Of a stretch of DNA of 64,000 nucleotides, positions 55,722 to 64,000 are shown piece by piece (within the stretch, counting starts at the first letter, position 1; each line of letters starts with the position of its first letter). The DNA comes from Polyangiaceae bacterium. Its GTDB lineage: Bacteria; Myxococcota_A; Polyangia; Polyangiales; Polyangiaceae. The position numbers and the translations under genes were made by a program. The stretch covers positions 1 to 64,000 of the forward strand of contig JBILLK010000005.1 in assembly GCA_044376115.1 (NCBI GenBank), given 5' to 3'. The notes beneath the pieces were generated by a model. It saw only the letters and a program-made list of their open reading frames with translations, was not told where the DNA came from and did no database searches.

Positions 55722-56561
55722 TCACTCACACGATCGAAATGGAGGAAGCTCGGAAGGTGACCGTCCAGCTGCGATCTCCTGAGCGGCCGAAAACAGCTGC
55801 TGGTACTTGTCGAGTCGAGCGAAGTGCGAGCGCCCGCGAGTGCGTGGATCGGTGTCCATCACCGACGCCGAAACCACCCCCAAAACCTCTCGTTTCGTGT
55901 TGAGGACCGGCCCCCCGGAGTCTCCCGGGCAAATCGAAGCATCCGCACTAAAGACCCCGGCGCGGACCGTGTCGATCTTCCCACCCGGGCGGCTTTCGCG
56001 ATGGACCGCGCGCAACGACAAAGCACAACGGCCAAATCCCCACGGTGAGATCTCTTCTCCAATCGGTGGTGCTTCGTGAATTTGCGGCTCAAAAGTCGGC
56101 ATCCCGACGAGTTTGCGATTTAACACCAACACCGCGATATCCCCATCGCCCTGTTCGTAGCCGCACGCCGGGGTTACCAATGCCCGGACACCAACGTCTC
56201 CCCAGGGCAAGTCATCCCCGCCTAGTTCCACATGGATTGACTCGGGGGCTAGGTCGCGATGCAAAACCTTCCCGTCCGGGCCGTGCTCGACCACACAGTG
56301 GTGTGCCGTCAGCACGAGATCGTCTGCGATCAGTGTCCCGGTGCAACTTACAGCACCCACCACGCGCACAATGGCGTCCTGCAGCGGGTCTTCAGTCAAA
56401 TAGAGTGGCGCTAGAAATGGGCGGCTTGAAGCATCATCCTCGGAGGCTGGCGTCGGCTCCTCAACCCTCGTTGGCATGAAGCACCCAGAAAGCAGGAAGG
56501 CGAGAGCGCTCCCGACAACGACCTTCGGTGTCTCCCAGCGATTCGAATAGCGGTTTGCCAC
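55722..56561 (-). CDS. S1 (trypsin-like) peptidase lipoprotein
   Basis: LTAHHC, GDIAVL and CPGDSGGP motifs; lipobox LSGC; GTG start chosen. Confidence 0.88.
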   Translation of the reverse strand: MANRYSNRWETPKVVVGSALAFLLSGCFMPTRVEEPTPASEDDASSRPFLAPLYLTEDPLQDAIVRVVGAVSCTGTLIADDLVLTAHHCVVEHGPDGKVLHRDLAPESIHVELGGDDLPWGDVGVRALVTPACGYEQGDGDIAVLVLNRKLVGMPTFEPQIHEAPPIGEEISPWGFGRCALSLRAVHRESRPGGKIDTVRAGVFSADASICPGDSGGPVLNTKREVLGVVSASVMDTDPRTRGRSHFARLDKYQQLFSAAQEIAAGRSPSELPPFRSCE

Positions 56562-56648
56562 GCGTTTTCCCGTCTGAGGCTGAGATGGGTTGGACTCGTA
56601 GAAGGGCCAACGAGTCAAAGCAAGAGTCGATGGGACACGGAGCTTGTG

Positions 56649-56685
56649 GTGGTCTTGGGTACAACGACCACTTTTTGATATTTTT
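56649..56685 (+). terminator. Rho-independent terminator-like hairpin with a + strand U-tract
   Basis: GTGGTC-TTG-GGTA-CAA-C-GACCAC followed by TTTTTGATATTTTT. Confidence 0.5.
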
Positions 56686-56689
56686 CTGC

Positions 56690-57202
56690 TCAGTTGTGCG
56701 CCAACCGAACCTCGCGGGACGCATGGAGCAAAGCAGAGGAGGTTCTGACCGGGTCCTCGTGAGGGTCGTCGATCCCAGCCTCGAGAATCGCCTCCAAATA
56801 GGCGACCTGGCGAAGGCTCTTGCCCATGACCCACGGGGCGCAATGTGCCCCAGGCTGGTCGCACTCGGCCAAGCTCAGTCGCGAGAGGGCCAGAGCTTCA
56901 CTGGCCCTCCCTTGCGCCAACGCAACCCTCGCTCTCGCGTTGGTCAGCTCCGGCGTCTTAACCTTGGCGTGACGGTCAAGCAGGGCCTGCGCAAGCCCGG
57001 ATTGGCCGTGGTCCAGATAGGTCTTCGATAGTTGCTGAAGATTCTCGGGGGTTGGAGCAGTTGCAACTGCGGCCTCGAGCTGCGCCAGCTCAGCCGGCGG
57101 TTGTTGAAGAATCGCTGTGGCGCGACCCTCCGAACCCATCAAAGCCGCTCCGAGCGCGCCCAACACCAGCAGCCCGTTCAGAACAACCCCAGCTCTTTTC
57201 AT
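56690..57202 (-). CDS. Hypothetical secreted helical (TPR-like) protein
   Basis: N-terminal hydrophobic segment; helical repeats. Confidence 0.65.
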   Translation of the reverse strand: MKRAGVVLNGLLVLGALGAALMGSEGRATAILQQPPAELAQLEAAVATAPTPENLQQLSKTYLDHGQSGLAQALLDRHAKVKTPELTNARARVALAQGRASEALALSRLSLAECDQPGAHCAPWVMGKSLRQVAYLEAILEAGIDDPHEDPVRTSSALLHASREVRLAHN

Positions 57203-57314
57203 TTAGTTTGGCCTTCCCAGCAAAGCATCACGAAGGAACCCAGACAGACATACGCTGCAAAGGTTTCCAACGCTTTCAAAACTCCCGAAATAGGTGGGAC
57301 ACTCGCGCACCTGA

Positions 57315-58412
57315 CTACTCGGACCACGGGTCGTCGGGCAGAACAACCAGGTCACTCCGATTGATGATCTCACCCGCATCGGCGTTCCCACACGCTGCTG
57401 CTGCTGCTGCCGAGGACAATAGAGTAAGGCCACGGCCTAACTCGAGTCCGTTCGCATCGACCAACGTGATGCTGTCTCCTGCGTCGAATTGGCCGCGAAC
57501 ACCAACCACTCCTACCGCGAGGACCGACCGATTGCGTCGAACCGCCTCGGCAGCGCCTCGGTCCAAAATCAACGCGCCCTTTGAACGCAGCGTGAAGGCG
57601 ATCCAATGCTTGCGGGCCGACAGCCGCAGCGGCGCTCGAGCGAAAAGGGTTCCGACGTCCTCCCCTGCGACTACAGACGTCACCACCGAGGCGCGACGCG
57701 CGAGCGCGATGACGACATCGGCACCTGCTAGCGCGGCCCGACCAGCCGCCTGAACTTTGCTGACCATGCCCCCCGTGCCAACTCCGCTCGTTGCTGCGCC
57801 AGCAAACTGACTTACCTCGCGCGCGCCGTTCCGAACGTAGGTGATGCGCTGCTGCTGATCGTCGAGCAGGCCTTCCACATCCGACAGCAACAGCAGTAGG
57901 TCAGCGCCAAGCAGCGGAACCACCATGCTCGCCAACTGGTCGTTGTCGCCGAACTTGATCTCCTCGACGCTGACGGCGTCGTTCTCATTGATGACCGGAA
58001 TCGCGCCAGCGGCCAACAAGGCCTCGAGCGCCTTCTGGGCATTGTTGGAGCGGTTCCGGTCGGCGAGGTCGGCGTGCGTCAAAAGAACCTGAGCGGCGGC
58101 AAGGCCCAATGGGTTCAACGCACCCTCCCAGCGCTGCATGAGCGCGCTTTGGCCCGCTGCTGCTGCCGCCTGCAAACGTGGCATGTCCTTTGGGCGACCC
58201 TTCAAGCCAAGGCGCGAGATGCCAAGCGCGATCGCGCCGCTCGATACGACGATTACTTGCCGGCGCTGTGCTCTCAGCGCCGCCACCTCCTCAGCCATAC
58301 GCTGCCAAGCGTCACCGGCGAGGCTCTTGGACCCAATCTTGATGACGATGCGGCGGCTCTTGGCGAGTCGCCTTCGACCTTCGGCAATCAAAGCCGCCGG
58401 ATGCTGCGCCAT
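57315..58412 (-). CDS. proB: Glutamate 5-kinase with PUA domain
   Basis: VIKIGS, VSSGAI, AAAGQ, INENDAV, FGDNDQL and GTGGM.SK motifs. Confidence 0.96.
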   Translation of the reverse strand: MAQHPAALIAEGRRRLAKSRRIVIKIGSKSLAGDAWQRMAEEVAALRAQRRQVIVVSSGAIALGISRLGLKGRPKDMPRLQAAAAAGQSALMQRWEGALNPLGLAAAQVLLTHADLADRNRSNNAQKALEALLAAGAIPVINENDAVSVEEIKFGDNDQLASMVVPLLGADLLLLLSDVEGLLDDQQQRITYVRNGAREVSQFAGAATSGVGTGGMVSKVQAAGRAALAGADVVIALARRASVVTSVVAGEDVGTLFARAPLRLSARKHWIAFTLRSKGALILDRGAAEAVRRNRSVLAVGVVGVRGQFDAGDSITLVDANGLELGRGLTLLSSAAAAAACGNADAGEIINRSDLVVLPDDPWSE

Positions 58413-58422
58413 GGCTTCTCCC

Positions 58423-59064
58423 TCAGGTAGACGGCGCGCCACCCTCGGCGATGAGACCGTCGAACGCCGCGTTTAAGCGGCGCTCCAGATACCCCGGTAG
58501 GTTCGCTCCCGCGAGCAACAGGGTGTCGGCCCAGCGGGTGAACTCGTCGCGCAGATCCTCGACCGGCGGAAGAATGGGGATCTGCTCCGCCTGCAAGGTC
58601 GGCGAGAACGCCCGTATCACCGCGCCCTCGATCAGCTTGCGCACCGCGCGGGCCTCGTCCGCTGACATTCGCACCGACTTCGATCCACGATGCCGCTCGA
58701 GATACCGGTCAAACAGGTGACCCAGCGCGAACACTTCCACCGCAGCGCTCGCCGTGAAGAACGTGGAGAGGGGGCTGAGCTTCTTGACGAAGGTCTTTGA
58801 GAGAATACCGAGTCCCCGCTTGAACAAGTCGCGCATCGGAGAGTCGGCTGACACCTCCGAAAACGCAGTTCGGGCTTCTGAGGTCAGACTCACTCCGTGT
58901 CGACCCGCGAGGTCGTGCACAATCGCCCCGCGAATCTGCACAATCATGCGATCTGGAAGAAAGGGGATTGGGATAGCGGAGGCGGCTAGTGAGAGCCCAG
59001 CGAGGATCGCAAGTCTGCCGCTCGAGGGGGAGCGAGGTGAGATCGCCATGTCGTTGTCGGCCAT
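58423..59064 (-). CDS. Hypothetical protein (DUF697-like N-terminus)
   Basis: AIPIPFLPD motif; GGAG RBS. Confidence 0.6.
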   Translation of the reverse strand: MADNDMAISPRSPSSGRLAILAGLSLAASAIPIPFLPDRMIVQIRGAIVHDLAGRHGVSLTSEARTAFSEVSADSPMRDLFKRGLGILSKTFVKKLSPLSTFFTASAAVEVFALGHLFDRYLERHRGSKSVRMSADEARAVRKLIEGAVIRAFSPTLQAEQIPILPPVEDLRDEFTRWADTLLLAGANLPGYLERRLNAAFDGLIAEGGAPST

Positions 59065-59075
59065 CAGGAGTCACC

Positions 59076-60044
59076 CTACATGAGCGGGAGCACCTCGACC
59101 ACCGGCGATCGCACCTCGTGCGCCGCGCGTAGTACCAGGGTGACATCGAGCTCGGTTGAACCGCCAACCGTGAAGTGGGTCGATCCACCGAAGGTTGTAG
59201 CCCCTTTTGCCTCTAACAGGCTCCGCAGTGCAGCGCCGTTCGAACGGACCGTCACACGAAACGTCCGCGATCTCCCGAGTACTTCATCCGGCGCCCCGAA
59301 CAAGACCGTCTCAGTGCCGCCCAAAAACAGAAAGTCGGAGCAGCCGCGAGCAAAAGCTCCCTCCGCCGAATCGGGCGAGACTGTCGTTCCACTCACAATG
59401 AGGCGGCCGATATGGCTTGCCGCTTCGAGTGCCCCACGCACGTATTCAGCACCTTGCCCCTCAAGACCCCAAAGCGGCTGGTTCACCACTACGGCTTTGG
59501 GCAGCGACACCATGCCACCAGCGATCGCAAGCACGCGGCGTTCAGGCAAAGAGAGCGTCTTTAACTGGCGCGACCCTCCACGCGGTAAGCCCGCTCGCGC
59601 GAGTACTTCATCCACGCGTGCGGTCTGCTCGCTGCCGCCCATCGACTCTCCGCGAGCAGCAAGCTTGAGGCGCAGCAAGTTGCGGAGGTGCTCTGCCACC
59701 GTCGAGGTCAACACGAGCGGAGGATCGAGTGGTACGGCTCCGACCCAGCGAACATAGTCGGGACTCCCAACGGAATATCCCATCACCGACATCGCACCGC
59801 GGATGACGCGTGCTGCAGGCGGAACCTCGATCAGCTCGTCCTGTGCGCTTAGCAGCGATGCTTGACTGGCCCCCTCCGGAACCAACGTCAGAGCGGAGAG
59901 CAGCGACGCGCTATTGCCCGCAATGAACAGGCGGTCGCCGTGCGTGCAGAACGATAGTCCACTAAGGAGCGCGCTGCTCTCGGTCCCAATCGCGCAATCC
60001 TCAGCCCTTACGAGCGCAATCTCCGTCATATGCACCTGACTCAC
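59076..60044 (-). CDS. Degenerate ABC-type ATP-binding protein
   Basis: LSLPERRVLAIA (signature-like) and VVVNQPLWGLE (Walker B/D-loop-like); no Walker A GKS/T. Confidence 0.6.
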   Translation of the reverse strand: MSQVHMTEIALVRAEDCAIGTESSALLSGLSFCTHGDRLFIAGNSASLLSALTLVPEGASQASLLSAQDELIEVPPAARVIRGAMSVMGYSVGSPDYVRWVGAVPLDPPLVLTSTVAEHLRNLLRLKLAARGESMGGSEQTARVDEVLARAGLPRGGSRQLKTLSLPERRVLAIAGGMVSLPKAVVVNQPLWGLEGQGAEYVRGALEAASHIGRLIVSGTTVSPDSAEGAFARGCSDFLFLGGTETVLFGAPDEVLGRSRTFRVTVRSNGAALRSLLEAKGATTFGGSTHFTVGGSTELDVTLVLRAAHEVRSPVVEVLPLM

Positions 60045-62587
60045 GGTTGCTCCTCGTCATCGAACTCGGCTGATTCAGCGCTGGGGTTGAGCAGGCTACG
60101 GGGGTAGTCGCCAACCTCAAACATCTCCACGCGTGCCATTGGCTGCGACGAGTCAAACACCATGAACGGAGCCAAAGCGCGGGCGACGTCCAATAGACCT
60201 GGTGGAATGAACGACATCCCCCCGGGGGCGGCGCTTAGACCTACCAACTTGAGCAGGAAGCCAAGCAACGAATCGTCTTCGGCAGGAAGTTCAACTACAG
60301 CTGCATCATCAGCCAATCCGGCGAGCCGCCGTGCCTCCTCCATCGCTTCACGGAGCCCCCCGACCTTGTCGACCAATTGATGGTCCTTTGCCTGTGCACC
60401 CGTCCACACACGCCCTCGGGCGACGGCGTCCACCTGTTCAATCGAGAGCTTTCTACCCTCTGCGACGCGCCCGGCGAACAGGTCGTAGAACTGCTTCACC
60501 TTCTTTCCTAGCTCGACGCGTTCGTCTTCCGTGAACGGCCGAAAGAGGCTCTCGGCATCGGCTCGCGGGGAGGAGCTGAAGCCTGCCGTCCCAACGCCCA
60601 GTTTGCTTAGCAGTCCAGAAAGATCGACCTTGCCGTAGAAGATGCCGATCGATCCTGTCATGGTCGTGCGGTTAGCGAAGATGGGGCCGCCGCCGACTGC
60701 AACATAGTAACCGCCGCTGGCGGCGGCGGAGCCCATCGAGATGACAACCGGCTTCTTCTTTGCGAGCAGCTGTACCTCGCGGTGAATGACGTCGGCGGCG
60801 AGCGAGGAGCCTCCCCCTGTCTCGATGCGGAAGACGACTGCCTTGACGCTCGAGTCGTCTCGGGCCTGTTTCAACGCAGCAGTGATTGTTCGAGAACCAG
60901 CCAACCGAATGTTGATGAGCGGAATGTTCTGACTCTCGCCGTCCACCATGTCGCCAGCGAGATAAACAACCGCAATCTTATTGTCCCGCACCCACCGAGT
61001 CGGTGCTTCTGAGAAGGGGAGAGACTTTACGATGTCCACTGAGCCGCCCATGACTTCGTTCATGAAGCGACCAATCTCATCCGGGTACACCAGGGTATCT
61101 ACAAGGCCAGCATCACGAGCCTCTGCAGCAATGAACGGGCCCTTCGCCAGCGTCTCTTTGAGCTTGGCTGCGGTGCTCCCTCGATTCGAGGCAACATCAT
61201 TGAGATAGACGGACTCATACTGGTTTACGAGATCCTGAAAGTTCGTTTTTGCGGTCTCACTCGGTGCAGAAAGCGTGAACTGCTCGGCCGCTGCCTTATT
61301 CTTACCAATGCGTACGAAGTCGGCCTGTACGCCCAGCTCGGCAAGCGCTCCGCCAAAGTAGAAGTAGCGACTCGAGAGCCCCGAAAAGCGAAGGCCGCCA
61401 GCTGGATTTATCGCTATGCGATTGGCAGCTGAACAAGCGAAAAGAGATTTGCCACCAGCATCCTCGAGATGACAAGCGACCTTCTTCCCCTTGGCGCGCA
61501 GCCGAGTGATCGCATCTGCGAGTTCTTCTGCGTGTGCCATAGAACTCGCGGGCTCGTCCTTGAGCACCAATAGGACACCTTCGATCTCGTCATTGTCAGC
61601 AGCGCGCCAGAGTCGCCGCAGAAGGCTGACGTGGCCGCGATTACCCGGCGTACTGTTGATGTCGAACCGGGCGACCCGCTTACCAATAGGTATGCCGGGT
61701 TCGCGATAGAATCGCAACGCCCCTCCGAGGTAGAATCCAGGCGTTTCCAGACCTATCCCGTTACCAAAGATAGCTCCGCCGGAGACTTGGCCTGGCCCCC
61801 AGTTTAGGTCGAGGCCCAGCGTCGCGACGGCTTGTGGATCATCGAGGTCGAAGTTGACCATCGCAACGTCACCGCGGAGTCTACCGACGTAGGGTAGGTC
61901 AAACCCGAGCGTGGCCTTCGCGGTGCCATTCACCAGCTGGTCATAGAAGCGCCCCTCCACGCCTAGCTCAATGTCGCGCCGGCCCTCAAAGGGTCGAAAT
62001 GCAGCGCCTAGATCGAAAGCCCGATAGGAGGTCGTGACATCATCACGACTGACCGGCACATTGAAGTCACGGACGACGGCTCCAACACTGACCCACTCGC
62101 TCGGCCGCAGCGTGGCGCCAACCGTGACTCCAAATTGCCCATCAAGGCGGCGGTCATCCGAAATCGACCAGCCAAGCGAGGCTCCAACCCCCAACCAGTT
62201 GTCGACTCGGCCGCCAGCTCCCCAACGAACCCACTGATAGTTGTCGTTGAACGGCGCCGGCACCCGAGCCGCTGGATCATGAAGTTCAAGACGTAGCCCA
62301 CTACCGAAGAGCCACAACGGCGCGGCCACGTCCAACGAGTGCCCTCGACCCGCCCACGGTGACGAGTCGCCTGTGTAGATCGTTGTCCAGCGCAACTCAG
62401 GCGCCGGGAGAAACGCGAGGTTTCCAGGGTTCTGCGCCGTCGCCGTGGAATCATCCGCCGACGCTAGATTGCGGCCTGGCGCGAGCAACGTCTCACTGAT
62501 CGACCGTGGCGGCTCAGCGCTCGCGGGGGCTGCCCCGGTGGCGGTCATCACACCCACCAAGATGAGCGCGTGCTTCCGTTCGACCAT
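60041..62587 (-). CDS. sppA: Signal peptide peptidase SppA (67K type) with an N-terminal beta-barrel-like domain
   Basis: Tandem S49 domains with IGKNKAAAE, RIETGGGS, SMGSAAASGGYY, TGSIG and GRVWTG motifs. Confidence 0.92.
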   Translation of the reverse strand: MVERKHALILVGVMTATGAAPASAEPPRSISETLLAPGRNLASADDSTATAQNPGNLAFLPAPELRWTTIYTGDSSPWAGRGHSLDVAAPLWLFGSGLRLELHDPAARVPAPFNDNYQWVRWGAGGRVDNWLGVGASLGWSISDDRRLDGQFGVTVGATLRPSEWVSVGAVVRDFNVPVSRDDVTTSYRAFDLGAAFRPFEGRRDIELGVEGRFYDQLVNGTAKATLGFDLPYVGRLRGDVAMVNFDLDDPQAVATLGLDLNWGPGQVSGGAIFGNGIGLETPGFYLGGALRFYREPGIPIGKRVARFDINSTPGNRGHVSLLRRLWRAADNDEIEGVLLVLKDEPASSMAHAEELADAITRLRAKGKKVACHLEDAGGKSLFACSAANRIAINPAGGLRFSGLSSRYFYFGGALAELGVQADFVRIGKNKAAAEQFTLSAPSETAKTNFQDLVNQYESVYLNDVASNRGSTAAKLKETLAKGPFIAAEARDAGLVDTLVYPDEIGRFMNEVMGGSVDIVKSLPFSEAPTRWVRDNKIAVVYLAGDMVDGESQNIPLINIRLAGSRTITAALKQARDDSSVKAVVFRIETGGGSSLAADVIHREVQLLAKKKPVVISMGSAAASGGYYVAVGGGPIFANRTTMTGSIGIFYGKVDLSGLLSKLGVGTAGFSSSPRADAESLFRPFTEDERVELGKKVKQFYDLFAGRVAEGRKLSIEQVDAVARGRVWTGAQAKDHQLVDKVGGLREAMEEARRLAGLADDAAVVELPAEDDSLLGFLLKLVGLSAAPGGMSFIPPGLLDVARALAPFMVFDSSQPMARVEMFEVGDYPRSLLNPSAESAEFDDEEQP

Positions 62588-62638
62588 AGGGGCGAGACCT
62601 TAGCATCGATTCGTGCGTACGCTTAGACACCGATCGCG

Positions 62639-64000
62639 ATGAACATAGCCCTCCAACTCCAACAAGTAGAGAAGACCCTGGCTCAAGGAGACGCTCGATC
62701 AGCGCTCGCCCAGCTGGAGGTCGTGCTTGCAACTGAGCCCTCGGCGGAGGCTTGGAACCTCAAGGCCCGCGCCCTGATCACCTTGGGCCAGCGTGCAGAG
62801 GCGAGGCGCTGCTTGGTCAACTGCGTGGAGCTCGACCGAACCTTTGACCGCGGCTGGGCCAACCTCGCAAAGCTTGAGGCCGATGAGGGCCAGGTTGTGC
62901 AGGCCCTCGAATTCCTGGAGCGGGGGTTAGCGTCGTCTCCAACCTCGGTTCGTCTATTGCGAGCGTCTGCGACGGCATACCGTATCCAGGGGCGGCTGGA
63001 TAAGGCGCTACATACGGTCGAGTCACTGATCTCCTTGACCCCCACCGATGCCCTGCAGCGCGAGCGGCTGTCCTTGCTCCTTGGCGTGGGAGACAGAGTT
63101 CGCGGCTTCGCCTTGGCTTGTGAGTTGTTTCTGGACGGGCCATTCGATCAGGAGCTTCTGGCGTTGATAGTGGACACGCAGAGCTCAGCTGGTGATCCTT
63201 CTGCACTTGTCCCCGTGCTTCGAAAGGCGGTCGAGGAGGCGACCTCTGCCGACCAATGCTTGTTCGTGGGGGCGCAATGCGCGCAGATTGGGAATTGGCC
63301 ACTGGCTCTCCAAACTGCCGAGCGGGCGCTTGAATTAGATCCGGCATCCGCATCGGCTGCGGTATGCCTCGCCGAGGCTCACGAAGCGCTCGCTCAACCG
63401 GGAGCTGCAATCAAGGTGCTCGAGTCCTGGGCGAGCCGCTCATCAAGCCCCGACGCATACCTGAAGCTTGCGCGACTCTATCGCTACGGTGAACAGCCCG
63501 AGGCCGCCGCTGAGGCGCTGATGGCTGCGCGTCGGCGGTTCCCCCAAAGTGCAGCGGTACTCGTCACTTACGCTGAAGATGTACGCAACCGAGGAGAGTT
63601 TCAGTTGGCCTTGGAGACGCTGCAAGAGGCCGTTCATATTGCTCCCAAGGACGCTGATGTGCACGCCGCCCTTGGGAGGGACCTGCTGAGTTTTCGCGAA
63701 TCGACGGGCCTTCGGCACCTGCACCGCGCTACACAGCTCAACCCCGACTCGCGAGCGTATCGAGCTAGATACCTATTCGAGTTGCACAATACGACGCGAC
63801 CCGCCGATGCGCTTGCCCGTGAACATTTGCGCTTTGGCGCTCAGTTTGGGCTAGCGCGACCAGTTGCGGCCAACTCCCCAATGCTCTCGCCAGAGCGCAA
63901 GCTACGCCTCGGCTATCTATCTGCGGACTTTCGCAATCACAGTGTGGCGTTCTTCATTCTGCCAATTCTTCGCAATCACAATAGGGAGCAATTTGATGTG
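62639..64000 (+). CDS. TPR protein with an O-GlcNAc/O-fucose transferase (GT41, SPINDLY-like) domain, truncated by the window edge
   Basis: Not in the ORF track because it has no stop in the window. Manual translation from ATG 62639 gives TPR repeats; the same frame ends LRLGYLSADFRNHSVAFFILPILRNHNREQFDV. Confidence 0.9.
   Translation, partial: MNIALQLQQVEKTLAQGDARSALAQLEVVLATEPSAEAWNLKARALITLGQRAEARRCLVNCVELDRTFDRGWANLAKLEADEGQVVQALEFLERGLASSPTSVRLLRASATAYRIQGRLDKALHTVESLISLTPTDALQRERLSLLLGVGDRVRGFALACELFLDGPFDQELLALIVDTQSSAGDPSALVPVLRKAVEEATSADQCLFVGAQCAQIGNWPLALQTAERALELDPASASAAVCLAEAHEALAQPGAAIKVLESWASRSSSPDAYLKLARLYRYGEQPEAAAEALMAARRRFPQSAAVLVTYAEDVRNRGEFQLALETLQEAVHIAPKDADVHAALGRDLLSFRESTGLRHLHRATQLNPDSRAYRARYLFELHNTTRPADALAREHLRFGAQFGLARPVAANSPMLSPERKLRLGYLSADFRNHSVAFFILPILRNHNREQFDV

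Overview
This is a high-GC chromosomal window whose gene content points to a myxobacterium (Myxococcota, probably Polyangiales/Sorangiineae-like). The clues are MYXO-CTERM-type tails, AgmX/PglI-type C-terminal domains, many Ser/Thr kinases, and PEGA/TPR, DUF2169 and MopE-motif proteins. The window opens with the right end of an IS256-family element inserted into the maturase ORF of a group II intron. Intron domains V and VI are intact, and domain IV is unusually long and carries a duplicated structured motif. Next come a divergent squalene-hopene-cyclase-like gene with an in-frame palindromic repeat, the SRP RNA gene (ffs), and signalling genes. Housekeeping genes include livH/livK, tlyA, btuF, comEC, purN, truA, namZ, galE, proB and sppA. 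A GT41/SPINDLY-like TPR protein runs off the right edge. The best candidate for an undescribed system is at 44.5-55.6 kb. Two paralogous membrane Ser/Thr kinases with a shared C-terminal tail converge on an 1865-aa apparent polyprotein (kelch propellers, internal MYXO-CTERM, a second signal peptide, then TPR-PEGA-beta-barrel). That gene is co-oriented with a double-FHA protein, a pseudo-phosphatase and a signal peptidase I lacking the catalytic Lys. All calls come from motif recognition by eye; no database search was run, and several start codons were re-chosen manually.
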